64,000 bases of DNA from Neobacillus sp. PS3-12 (GTDB lineage: Bacteria; Bacillota; Bacilli; Bacillales; Cytobacillaceae), in NCBI RefSeq assembly GCF_030915385.1, contig NZ_CP133268.1, forward strand, positions 2,097,430 through 2,161,429, in the 5' to 3' direction. The notes under the pieces were generated by a model, which was not told the origin of the DNA, made no database searches, and was given only the letters and a program-made list of their open reading frames with translations. Below, in pieces: positions 19,230 to 29,698 of the stretch. A program made the translations under genes and the position numbers. Each line of letters opens with the position of its first letter. Position 1 is the first letter of the stretch.

Positions 19230-20632
19230 TTACTGTGCCTTTTTCCCCTCTGCTGCTGGTATAACTGCATCCCTTTTATTTAAACCTTTGATATAGTAAA
19301 AAGCAATTAAAAAAACGATGAATAGTGGCCCAATATACAAGGCAATCCTTGTATCCGGATCAAATGCCATAACAACAATGACCAGGGCTAAAAATGCAAG
19401 AGATAAGTAAGAAGAAAATGGAAATAAAGGTACTTTGAATTTTAGTGTATTCCTTTCCTCTGGCATTAAACTCTTACGATAACGAATTTGAGATAGAAGA
19501 ATGATTGCCCAAGTCCAAATGGCTCCAAACGTTGAAATACTTGTGATCCAGGTAAATACTTTTGCCGGGACAATATAATTTAAAAGAACGCCAATCAGCA
19601 AAACGGCGGCAGAAACGATAACGGCTAAACCCGGCACGCCGCTTTTTGTTACTTTTCCAAATTTTGGGGTGCATTTCCATTTTGTGCAAGATTAAATAAC
19701 ATCCTTGCCGTGCTAAAGATCCCACTATTGCAGGAGGATAGAGCAGCAGTTAGAACAACAAAATTGATGATACCCGCAGCCCCAGGTATTCCAATTTGCT
19801 CAAAAGTAAGAACAAATGGACTTCCCTTTGAACCAAGCTCATTCCATGGATAAATGGACATGATAACGGTTAGTGCTCCTATGTAAAAAATAAGAATACG
19901 CCAAAACACATTATCAATGGCTTTTGCCAGATTTTTCTCTGGATTTTTAGTCTCACCAGCTGTTACTCCAATCACTTCAATCCCAAGGTAAGCAAACATA
20001 ACCATTTGCAGGGACATTAAAATCCCCTTTATTCCATGTGGGAAGAATCCGCCATGCTGCCATAAATGATGGATCCCTGTGGCAATACCTCCATTACCAA
20101 GCCCAAAGAAAATGACTCCAGCCCCAACCACGATCATACAAACAATCGTAACAATTTTGATAAGGGCAAACCAAAACTCCAATTCACCATAAGCCTTTAC
20201 AGCAAGAATGTTAACTAAGGCCATAATGACAAGTGCAGCAAGTGACCAAATCCAGCGTGGAACCGATGGAAACCAGTATTCCATATAAATACCAACAGCA
20301 GTAATTTCCGCCATACAGGTAACAACCCATAAAAACCAGTAATTCCAACCGGTTATATAACCGGCAAGCGGTCCTAAATAATCATGCGCATATTGACTAA
20401 ATGAACCAGCAACAGGTTTTTGAATCGCCATCTCCCCAAGGGCCCGCATAATAAAAAACATGATAAGACCTGCTACGGCATAGCCGACCAAAATACCTGG
20501 TCCAGCGAGCTTTATGGCTGATGCTGACCCAAGAAACAAACCGACCCCAATAGCAGCTCCCAAAGACATCAAAGTAATATGTCTTTCCTCTAAACCGCGA
20601 TGAAGCTCTTTTTCTAGGGTGTTTTTACTCAT
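19230..20632 (-). pseudogene. amino acid permease (APC/AAT family), frameshift at G-run 19666-19669 (likely 1-nt deletion)
   Basis: ORFs 19649-20632 and 19230-19637 join as ...NLAQNGNAPPKFGKVTKSGVPGLAVIVSAAV if one base is added. Confidence 0.8.
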
Positions 20633-20923
20633 AATGAATTCCTCCCTGCTTGACCCACTTCTGATTTTTCATCCCATCTGAAAAAATAGTTTAAAACATT
20701 CAATGCTATTAAACCATCTTTTTCCCTTTAAATTATTTGTAAAATAGTTTTAAAACATAATAGCTAAGATTAACCTCTTCTTGCAATGATAGTACTTGAT
20801 AGATTGTCATAAATCTAACTTTATATATTGTAACATTTTTTTGATTTTTCTTTCCCTTAATTTTTGGTAGTGATCTCAAAACTGGTCTAATTACATGGAC
20901 AGAAATCTCCCATTAGAGGACGA

Positions 20924-22258
20924 ATGTGCATGGACCTGACAATAGTCGGTTTTACAGAAGTTCCAAAGTCCCAAACTGGTAATGCAGTAACCATCTTTGG
21001 ATACAACAAATCTTCTTTTCAATCCACTGATACCAACGCAGAATTATTGGGCAAAATGAATGATGAAGTCGTTTTATGCGAGGAGCGGGAAATGTTGAGA
21101 CCCATTGCATGTGGATTTACTGCGGATATTGATGTCATTGCCAACCTTTCACAAAAGTTTTATGAAGAGATCAAGGAACATGCCCGCGGCGGGACACCAA
21201 AGGCTGTCATTCATTCGTGGGAGGATTTTTGTTCAGCCGTTGACTGGAATGTTCAAAAGGGCAGCGGAGCAGAGTATATTGTTGCGGATCAGACCATTCT
21301 GAACCGTTTAGAAAAAAATTTAATATGGAAGAATGCGATCGGCGGCGGCGGCCTACAGGCTGGTTGTGTGGCAAGCTTTGCAGGCTATCGTGCACTGGTG
21401 AATGTTCCGATACAATCGACGGAATTAACCGCATTAGTTTCAGAATATAAAGGACTGACCCTGTTATCGGACCAGGAAGGTGAAGTACCCAGGCATTATA
21501 TTCTTGAATACGAAGACAGTGGTTCGCTTAACCGAATTATTTTTCGCAAGGAGCATGAATATCCATGCGATATGATTGCAACGAAGTTTATTGAAAAATT
21601 AAGGGAACAGGATATCTCCTGGATGTTAGTGGCTGGATATAATGCCGTTGATGGCAGTAAAGGAGTTAATTCTCTTTTACAAAAGACGATTCAAATGCTG
21701 GACACCCTGGGAAATAACAAGCCAAACGTTCATCTTGAACTTGCTTCAATTTGGTCTTTGGATGAACAGTGGAAAATCATCCGTACACTTGGGAGCTATG
21801 TTGATACGATTGGGCTAAATGAAGACGAATATCAAGAATTACTCGGAATAAAGGACCCGCTGTTAAGCTATGAAGATGAGGTCTTACTTAATTTCATCGG
21901 AAATGCTTGCGAAGTACTCAGTGTTTCCCATGTGATTCTACATACAAAGGAGTTTTCAGCCATTCAATCGGCTCAATATGATACATCACCGTGGGCAAAA
22001 GCATTATTAAATGGAAATCGATTTGCCTATTCCCGGGCTGTAACGGGTAAAATTTGCAACGAGGAGACCATCCGGAAAGTAACGGCTGATGCCAGCCTAA
22101 ACACAAGAGGCAAGAAGCTGCACGAATTAACACGTGATCGGAGAGATATCACGATCGCCCCTGCCTATATCGGAGTAACCGTCAGTACCACCGGCTTAGG
22201 AGATACCTTTACTTCTGGAGTATTGGTGGAAGCACCAGTAATAGTCCCTTGGGGCTAA
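20924..22258 (+). CDS. ADP-dependent sugar kinase family (ADP-GK/ADP-PFK, ribokinase-like superfamily) protein
   Basis: 444 aa; 'GGGGLQAGCVASFAG' (GGxAxxxA) and C-terminal 'TTGLGDTFTSG' (GxGD) motifs; assignment tentative. Confidence 0.45.
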   Translation: MCMDLTIVGFTEVPKSQTGNAVTIFGYNKSSFQSTDTNAELLGKMNDEVVLCEEREMLRPIACGFTADIDVIANLSQKFYEEIKEHARGGTPKAVIHSWEDFCSAVDWNVQKGSGAEYIVADQTILNRLEKNLIWKNAIGGGGLQAGCVASFAGYRALVNVPIQSTELTALVSEYKGLTLLSDQEGEVPRHYILEYEDSGSLNRIIFRKEHEYPCDMIATKFIEKLREQDISWMLVAGYNAVDGSKGVNSLLQKTIQMLDTLGNNKPNVHLELASIWSLDEQWKIIRTLGSYVDTIGLNEDEYQELLGIKDPLLSYEDEVLLNFIGNACEVLSVSHVILHTKEFSAIQSAQYDTSPWAKALLNGNRFAYSRAVTGKICNEETIRKVTADASLNTRGKKLHELTRDRRDITIAPAYIGVTVSTTGLGDTFTSGVLVEAPVIVPWG

Positions 22259-22345
22259 GGTATGCTGTTTTTTATTTCCCCTATGAATATATTATCCTTA
22301 TTACTTTAAATAACAAAAAACCGGCAATGATCTGTCGGTTCTTTG

Positions 22346-23188
22346 TTATTTAACTATATTGAAATAACCCATCATATAATTATCATGTGACATTGCCCAG
22401 CCATCGGCTACCTTATCGCATGGGACCGTACAATTCCACATGAACTTCCCTTCTTTTTGTGGAGTAAAAGTGAAAGTGGAGACAGCGGGAACACCGTCTT
22501 TCTTACTCGCTTTCGCTACGAAATTGAGTCCAAGGTCTTTAGCTGTAATGGAATGCTCGTTCTGATCAAGACTATAAACTGTCACCTCTACCGCCTGTCC
22601 AGCTTTCACAGTGATGTCGCCAGTCGCAAAGGAATCATGTTTTTTTCCATCCGAGCCCAATTTATAACTATGGTTCACCACCATAGATACATGTTGAACT
22701 TGGTTACTAGCTGGAAGAACCGTAATCTTTCCTGTCATATAACCTTGCTGCGACATTGACCATTCTTCAGTATCATCGCAGGCATCCGTACAATTCCATG
22801 GGAACGTGCCTGATTTGGAAGGGGTAAAGGTATAGGTGGTCTCTTTGGGCTGACCTTTCTTAGTGGATTCTTTGATTTTTACCCCAAGTCCAAGTTTAGG
22901 TGAAACATAGGTATGTTCCGCATCATCATAATTCAAAAAGTGAAGAGTGACTGGTTGGTTTTGTGTAATTTGTATATCACCATTGATAAAGGCATCGTGC
23001 TTCTTCCCATCAGGACCGAGTTTTGCACCCGCTTCTACAACGATATACTGATTGAAAGCCGTTTTTGTCTGAGGTGTAGCAGCCTTAATTGATTTTGTCG
23101 ATTGGCTTGTCCCACATCCTGCTAAAGAGAGGAAGACAAGAGAAGCCAGAGCGACTGCGATAGCACCTTTATTCGCTTTTTTGAACAT
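22346..23188 (-). CDS. lipoprotein with two tandem cupredoxin-like domains
   Basis: 'LAGCG' lipobox; internal duplication with 'WNCTxxCD...YMxG' in each half. Confidence 0.6.
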   Translation of the reverse strand: MFKKANKGAIAVALASLVFLSLAGCGTSQSTKSIKAATPQTKTAFNQYIVVEAGAKLGPDGKKHDAFINGDIQITQNQPVTLHFLNYDDAEHTYVSPKLGLGVKIKESTKKGQPKETTYTFTPSKSGTFPWNCTDACDDTEEWSMSQQGYMTGKITVLPASNQVQHVSMVVNHSYKLGSDGKKHDSFATGDITVKAGQAVEVTVYSLDQNEHSITAKDLGLNFVAKASKKDGVPAVSTFTFTPQKEGKFMWNCTVPCDKVADGWAMSHDNYMMGYFNIVK

Positions 23189-23430
23189 GAAAAAACCTCC
23201 TCAGAAAAATTTGAACATGGAAATCATATGAAGTTTCCTGGGAATCATAAGGCAATTTTAAATTTCCTAAACTATTCCAAAATATTCCGTTTTCCCAGCC
23301 ATGAGTGCGATTCCAGTTAGCAGAATTTGTTGTTATTTCCAGGGAAACATTGAAATTTGAAAAATAGTGAATCCGATAGTCGTAGTCGCCTTAGCTCTAA
23401 TTAGTAATGAAAATCATTTACAGCATCATG

Positions 23431-24138
23431 TTACTTTCGGAATATGAAAAAAAGTCTCTCCCATCTTCCTTTTGGTTTTTGTATCGCTTCTTCTAAACGT
23501 TGATTAAAATCATTCTGTGAACGCCATACTTTTTGCTGTTCGTCCCTCAAATTTTGTATTTCATTTGATAAGAATTCGTTTACTTGTTTTTCTTGTCGCT
23601 GCAACGTTTCAAAATGAGTCTTTTGTTGTTCCGCTAATTTTTCAATTTTAGTATTCGTTTTTTGCGCTGAATTTCCAATATTGGAACTTATAGCATGATG
23701 ATCTTGCTGGAGTCGGGAAACCGTTGTTTTAAGCTCCGACATATCGTTTTTCAATTGGACATTCATTTCACGTGTGGCTGCGAGTTCATTGACTAAAAAC
23801 ATAAATATCTCTCTTAATTGATTGGGATCTTGGGGTAAATTGGCCAATGTATCGGGTATGGCAATCACTTTTTCATTGGATCCTTCTAATTTTTCTTTTT
23901 GTTCATTCACGAGATCTTTAGCTGTATCGTCTAGAGGCTTGTCTGTATCGCGTAGCGCAATGAGCACTTTGATGTCGGATTGAACAAAGATGCGGCGATC
24001 ACCATCTTTTACAAACTCATATCCATTTCGCTCTAATATTTGGCCATACTTTCGAACAGTGGGTGTTGCAATCCCCACTTCTTCTGCCACTTCCTTGGAA
24101 GAGAAAGCTCGTTCATTCGGTTGTATATCACTTCGCAT
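23431..24138 (-). CDS. MerR-type HTH plus coiled-coil protein (DUF3967-like)
   Basis: 'FSSKEVAEEVGIATPTVRKYG' HTH; Q/E-rich coiled-coil tail. Confidence 0.55.
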   Translation of the reverse strand: MRSDIQPNERAFSSKEVAEEVGIATPTVRKYGQILERNGYEFVKDGDRRIFVQSDIKVLIALRDTDKPLDDTAKDLVNEQKEKLEGSNEKVIAIPDTLANLPQDPNQLREIFMFLVNELAATREMNVQLKNDMSELKTTVSRLQQDHHAISSNIGNSAQKTNTKIEKLAEQQKTHFETLQRQEKQVNEFLSNEIQNLRDEQQKVWRSQNDFNQRLEEAIQKPKGRWERLFFIFRK

Positions 24139-24376
24139 ATCGCTCATCCTTTTTCTCATTTCAAGTTATGTATCTTGTTTTAATGTATATCGCGTACCGT
24201 ATCGTCTTGAGGCTTGTTCGTATCGCCTTCAGACAATTAGATATCATATCGTATTTTTACCTCTTTCTCTATTAAATGTGAAGGCTTTTATATGAAATTA
24301 CAAGAGTCATATCACCTAGCGATACGTAATAAAACACATCCTTTTCTTGTAGAACTTCATTAAGGATGAGCCTATT

Positions 24377-24406
24377 CAAAAAACCGCAATAATGCGGTCT
24401 TTTTTT
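24377..24406. terminator. bidirectional terminator (aaaaaaccgcaataatgcggtcttttttt)
   Basis: stem-loop with flanking A and T runs. Confidence 0.6.
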
Positions 24407-24483
24407 CAATCCATTTGAGCTCTAATTCCAATCGCTGCCAGAATTGCAATCACCGAAATAAGGACTGCTACTAATAGATTCAT
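24406..24483 (-). CDS. 25-aa hydrophobic small protein (MNLLVAVLISVIAILAAIGIRAQMD)
   Basis: GGAGGA RBS 7 nt upstream; single predicted TM helix; terminator immediately downstream. Confidence 0.35.
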   Translation of the reverse strand: MNLLVAVLISVIAILAAIGIRAQMD

Positions 24484-24587
24484 ATAAGTTCCTCCTCCAT
24501 ATTTTGAATTTCTATTATACCACTTATTTCTAATATCCTTACCTTTAAAATCCAGATTGAATTTGTTTTACTGGCTTTATGCCTTTT

Positions 24588-24812
24588 TGCAACTTTTTCT
24601 TCCATGCCCGCTCTGGCTTCATACAGTCGCTACGGTGCCACTTCTCCTACTTTTTTTATGAGATCCGACATCATACAGCCACTATGGTGCCGCTTCTTCT
24701 GCTTTTCTTATAAGATCTGGCATCATACAGCCACTATGGTGCCACTTCTCCTACTTTTTTTATGAGATCCGGCATCATAGGCCGCAGCCGCCTCTCCTAC
24801 TTTTCAATGTTA
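24588..24812. repeat. tandem about 52-bp repeats, family R1, about 4 copies
   Basis: direct repetition. Confidence 0.7.
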
Positions 24813-24891
24813 TTGATTAATCGATTTGACAAAATCCTGATCTGCCGTTAATATCACTATCAATTCGAACTTATTTATGGGAGAGATAAAG

Positions 24892-25332
24892 ATGAAGATC
24901 TATGTTGATGCAGATGCTTGTCCGGTAAAAGATATTATTATCTCTGAGGGTACGAATGCGAAAATCCCTGTGATCCTTGTTACTAGCTTTTCTCATTTTT
25001 CCAGTGCAGAACAGCCATCAGGAGTGGACACCATTTATGTTGATTCTGGCGCCGATGCTGCGGATTATCGGATTATGAAGTTGGTGGAAAAAGGAGATAT
25101 AATCGTTACGCAGGATTACGGTCTTGCTTCACTAGGTTTAGCAAAAGGCTGCACAGTCCTACACCATAAAGGCTTTAGCTATACGAATGAAAACATTGAC
25201 CAATTATTGCAAACACGTTATTTTAGTGCAATGGCTCGAAAAAGCGGAAAGCGTACAAAGGGGCCAAAACCATTTACAACAGAAGACAGGGAGAACTTTA
25301 GGATACTTTTTAAAAAAGTGATTTCACAATAA
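24892..25332 (+). CDS. YaiI/YqxD (UPF0178, DUF188) family protein
   Basis: '[12 protein letters not shown]' N-terminus. Confidence 0.75.
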   Translation: MKIYVDADACPVKDIIISEGTNAKIPVILVTSFSHFSSAEQPSGVDTIYVDSGADAADYRIMKLVEKGDIIVTQDYGLASLGLAKGCTVLHHKGFSYTNENIDQLLQTRYFSAMARKSGKRTKGPKPFTTEDRENFRILFKKVISQ

Positions 25333-25392
25333 CGCAAAAAAACATGGTCATAAACAACCATGTTTTTTCCAGCGCTGCGCAAATCGCTAGAT

Positions 25393-26979
25393 CTACGCTA
25401 CAAATTTATTAATTTCTTCCGCCTCATCCATGTATTCTGTTTTAATCCCGCTTTTCACTCCCCAATAATAGAAGCCAAGTGCCAGACAAGCGATGACCGC
25501 CATATCCCAGCCAAATGGAATGATATTTTTTCCGCCGAACTTCTCACTTCCAATATAAGAAATCAAAATCATACATCCTAAGTAAAGAAGCATCCAAACA
25601 CCTGAAGTAAATTGTTTTTTGAATCCAATCCATTTATTTTTCGCTTGATAATAAAAGTAAATCGGAAGTCCAATGGCCATGATGAACACGACTTCTCCGG
25701 TTAACGGCCAGCGCGCCCAGTATAAAGTCAAGGATGCAAAAACAAATCCCAATGGTGCAATAACGGAAGCACCTTTTAAGCGAAACGGCCGATTAAATTG
25801 AGCAGCAGTACGTCTTAATGTGGTTAACGCAACAGGTCCCATGATGTACGAAATAAGAGTTGCAACTGAAATGATTTCAGCCAGAACGCCCCATCCACGG
25901 AATAAAAATAAAAAGAGATAACATACGCCTAAGTTTAAAAACATCGCAGGACGAGGTACACCGTATAGTGGATGCAAAGTACCAAAGATTTTCGGCAAGT
26001 ACCCATTTTTTTGCATCCCATAAATCATCCGCGATGTTGTAGCGGTATAAGTAGACCCTGTACCAGAAGGTGATATAAATGCATCAGCATATAATACAAT
26101 GGATAACCAGTTAAGCCCAAGAGCCAAGGCCAAATCGGCAAAAGGGGAATTAAAATTCAGATGATTCCAGCCGTTCACAATCATCGACGGCTCAACAGCA
26201 CCGATAAACACAACTTGTAAAATAATATAGACAAAACCTGCGATTAAAATAGAGCCGATAACAGCAATCGGAATCGATTTATTCGGTGACTTCGCTTCCC
26301 CTGCCATGTTAACAGGACTTTGAAATCCGTTAAAGGCAAACACGATACCAGAAGTGGCGACTGCTGTTAACACACTTGCCCCGCCGTATGGCGCCATTCC
26401 TTGAGCACTTGTAAAGTTCCCGCTATGGAATCCAGCAAAAAACAACGCTCCCACCACGACTCCTGGAACAATTAATTTCAAAACAGTAATAAATGAATTC
26501 GCCTTCGCAAAAAGATTGACCGTCCAATAGTTGACGAAGAAATAGACTAATAGTAGTACAGCAGCGATGAACACTCCTTTGATCGTTAAGATATTGTTAT
26601 GAACGAGAGAATGAGTCCATACTGCCCATTTCCAAGGCCACGTACTCATATATTGTACCGAGGCAATGGCCTCCACCGTAATCGTCGACGCAATTGAGAT
26701 CCAGTTCGCCCACGCCGCTAAAAATCCAATAAAAGAGCCATGTGAATATTGAGGATACTTAACCATCCCTCCAGCTTCCGGAAACATAGCCCCAAGCTCT
26801 GCGTAAGATAAAGCAATGAATAAAATAACAACCATACCGATTATCCAAGAAAAAATAGCTGCTGGCCCAGCAATTTGAGCAGCCTTCCACGCTCCAAACA
26901 ACCAGCCTGATCCGATAATCGAACCAATACCAGTCATCGTTAAAGCAAATGTCCCCATTTTTCTTTGCAAATTACCCAT
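25393..26979 (-). CDS. APC superfamily amino acid/polyamine permease
   Basis: 12-TM pattern; 'GSIIGSGWLFG' motif; GGGAGAGGTG RBS. Confidence 0.8.
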   Translation of the reverse strand: MGNLQRKMGTFALTMTGIGSIIGSGWLFGAWKAAQIAGPAAIFSWIIGMVVILFIALSYAELGAMFPEAGGMVKYPQYSHGSFIGFLAAWANWISIASTITVEAIASVQYMSTWPWKWAVWTHSLVHNNILTIKGVFIAAVLLLVYFFVNYWTVNLFAKANSFITVLKLIVPGVVVGALFFAGFHSGNFTSAQGMAPYGGASVLTAVATSGIVFAFNGFQSPVNMAGEAKSPNKSIPIAVIGSILIAGFVYIILQVVFIGAVEPSMIVNGWNHLNFNSPFADLALALGLNWLSIVLYADAFISPSGTGSTYTATTSRMIYGMQKNGYLPKIFGTLHPLYGVPRPAMFLNLGVCYLFLFLFRGWGVLAEIISVATLISYIMGPVALTTLRRTAAQFNRPFRLKGASVIAPLGFVFASLTLYWARWPLTGEVVFIMAIGLPIYFYYQAKNKWIGFKKQFTSGVWMLLYLGCMILISYIGSEKFGGKNIIPFGWDMAVIACLALGFYYWGVKSGIKTEYMDEAEEINKFVA

Positions 26980-27464
26980 CCCTGCCTGCACCTCTCCCTA
27001 GAAAAATAAAAAACACTCGATCTATATATAAATCAAGTGTTTGCCCAGGCGTACGACGAATAGTCTATATGCTCCCTCATGGTAATCCATGTGCGCCAGT
27101 TACATATAGAAGTATAGTTTTTTTATTAGTATAAAGGATTTTTACACTATTCACAATACATATATTCGTTATAATAAAAACTTTATATTTCGGATTTTGG
27201 CGCAAACTTCCTAATAAAAATTCATAAATTAGGTAACTTAAGTTCAAAAAACAAACATTCCCATACATTTCTACGTATTGTAAAAACAGAATAAGTCCCA
27301 TTTAAAATTATATTGACCAACCTTTAGGATTTATAATTAAATACGAAAAATTATGTCAGAAAAATAAGAATATTTTATATTGTTATTCAATGCTAGTTTG
27401 TTACATAATTTAGGTTGTACAAGAGAATTTGTACATAACTATTCCAAAAGAAAGAAGGGGTTAA

Positions 27465-29390
27465 ATGAAAAAACTTTGGAAAAAATTTTCTGCCGTTTCA
27501 ACCTTCAGTTCAATGATGCTTTTGACAGCTGTACCTTCTCTCACAAATGCAGCAACACCAACAAATGTAGCTGTCCAGCAAGGAATTAATCCTCAAGTTT
27601 TACAAAACGCCAGTGTATTTGGAAATGTTCCTGGTGATACCCCGGTTACAGTCGACATCGTGATGAAAATCAACAACAAAAATGATCTTGCAGAATTTAT
27701 CAAAAATACAACTACACCTGGAAACAGAAATTACCGTCACTATCTTTCTGTTGATCAATTCAAGAAAAACTTTGGAGCCGATCCGGAATCGATTAACAGA
27801 GCCACCAGTTACCTAAATGCATTCGGCATCAAAACAAGTGTCTATCCGAACAATTTAATCATCACAGCCAATGGTACAGCCGATCAGTTTAACAAGGCCT
27901 TTTCTGTTAAATTAAAAAAAGAAAAGTATAAAGAAAAGGAATTTCACGGCACAGAAGACAATCCAAAAGTACCCGCCACGTTCGGAAAAGATATTCTTTG
28001 TATCTTAGGATTAAGCAACTATTCCAATTACACTTCCCATGCGGTTAAACAGGTGGTTCCGTTGGAGGAAAACGGGAGCACCCCAGTAGGCCCCCTAAGT
28101 CTTGATCCTAAAGATTTAATCAAGCAATACAATGTACAACCTTTATACGATAAAGGCGCCACGGGTTCAGGTCAGACAATTGGAGTCGTTAGCCTGGCTG
28201 ATTTTAACCCCGAAGATGCCTATCAATTCTGGGCTAATGCAGGAATACCAGCAAAAGAAAACCGAATCACGAAAACTAATGTAGACGGCGGGTCAGGCTG
28301 GGATGGCTATGATGAGACGACCTTGGATGTTCAACAATCAGGATCGTTAGCACCACAGGCAAATATTAATGTGTATGTCGGGCCAAACAGTGACACTGGT
28401 TTTGCTGATGCTTTCGCCCAGGCCATTAATGATAATAAAGCACAACAAATTTCAGTAAGCTGGGGAGAAAGCGAGCCGACCATAAATTACCTTGTTGGCT
28501 TGCAACAGGAAACACCTCAATACGCAGAGGTGTTCAATCAACTGTTTATGCAGGCAGCTGCTCAAGGCATCTCCATGTTTGCCGCATCGGGAGACGAAGG
28601 GGCGTATGATGCCGCAAGAGAATGGGGGATTGGCTCCGGAGTTCCGAATGCTGATTCACTATCAGTCGATAGTCCGGCAGACAGCCCCTATATTACGGCT
28701 GCAGGTGGTACAACCTTACCGTTCCACTTCCATTCAACTACTTATAATGTCGATGTAAGCAATGACCAGGAACGTGCTTGGGGCTGGGATTATTTATATA
28801 ATTATTTCGATGCGAGAGGATTAAATACGCCTCAAGGCTGGGGTGACAGATACCTCGTTGGGGGTGGCGGCGGTTTCAGCCAGCTGTTCAGCACACCTCT
28901 CTACCAAAAAGGGGTTAAAGGAGTCAATACCTTCACAGCAGTAAAACAATGGACTCCAAATGCAGACCAATCTTCCTTAACAAGAGATGCCGCTGCAACC
29001 ATTGTGAAAGGAAAAGGAACAGGCCGGAACGTACCGGATCTTTCCATGAATGCCGATCCATATACTGGATATAAAGTATGGTTCAGCGACCCAGGTGCTC
29101 CTGGAACAAATTCAGGATATGCTGTCTACGGTGGAACCTCGTTCGTGTCTCCACAATTATGCGGCCTGTCTGCCCTAATCAACAGCGCTGACCATACGCA
29201 AGTTGGATTCTGGAATACACAAATCTACCGCTTTGCCCAGCAAAAGACTTCACCGTTACATCCATTAAACACGACAGGTGCTACTAACGATAACGGTTAC
29301 TATACAGGAACTCCTGGTACCGTTTATAACCAGGCTACAGGACTTGGTGTTCCTGATATCGCAGCACTGGCAGATAAGTTCTCACGATAA
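27465..29390 (+). CDS. secreted sedolisin (S53) family serine peptidase with pro-kumamolisin activation domain
   Basis: signal peptide; propeptide region; C-terminal 'GGTSFVSPQ' catalytic Ser motif. Confidence 0.8.
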   Translation: MKKLWKKFSAVSTFSSMMLLTAVPSLTNAATPTNVAVQQGINPQVLQNASVFGNVPGDTPVTVDIVMKINNKNDLAEFIKNTTTPGNRNYRHYLSVDQFKKNFGADPESINRATSYLNAFGIKTSVYPNNLIITANGTADQFNKAFSVKLKKEKYKEKEFHGTEDNPKVPATFGKDILCILGLSNYSNYTSHAVKQVVPLEENGSTPVGPLSLDPKDLIKQYNVQPLYDKGATGSGQTIGVVSLADFNPEDAYQFWANAGIPAKENRITKTNVDGGSGWDGYDETTLDVQQSGSLAPQANINVYVGPNSDTGFADAFAQAINDNKAQQISVSWGESEPTINYLVGLQQETPQYAEVFNQLFMQAAAQGISMFAASGDEGAYDAAREWGIGSGVPNADSLSVDSPADSPYITAAGGTTLPFHFHSTTYNVDVSNDQERAWGWDYLYNYFDARGLNTPQGWGDRYLVGGGGGFSQLFSTPLYQKGVKGVNTFTAVKQWTPNADQSSLTRDAAATIVKGKGTGRNVPDLSMNADPYTGYKVWFSDPGAPGTNSGYAVYGGTSFVSPQLCGLSALINSADHTQVGFWNTQIYRFAQQKTSPLHPLNTTGATNDNGYYTGTPGTVYNQATGLGVPDIAALADKFSR

Positions 29391-29698
29391 TTTTTAACCA
29401 AAGCCCGTCCCCATTTTTTTGCAGGATGGGTTTTGGCTTTTTTTTTGAAAAAAATGATGATGTCGGTTTAATGGGAGTTTTTAGTGCCTTCCCTGATATT
29501 GAATCCTCTTAGATGAAATATATGGTGCTGCTTATCATGCCTTTTTCCTGAAAGGTTTTCGTTGTTGCTGATCAGGTTCTGGTGCATTTATTATGGGGGG
29601 AAGAAATTGAAGGTCTGTAAAAATTTAACGGAATATTCACATTTATCTTTCTTGTATTTTTATAAAATAGGCTTAGATAGGAAGAAAGGAAGTGGCTT

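Noticed and set aside
20633-20923. Direct repeats AAAATAGTTTAAAACAT x2, possible TnrA/CodY-type site
   Set aside because: They do not fit the TGTNAN7TNACA or CodY consensus well enough. Likely generic AT-rich promoter DNA.
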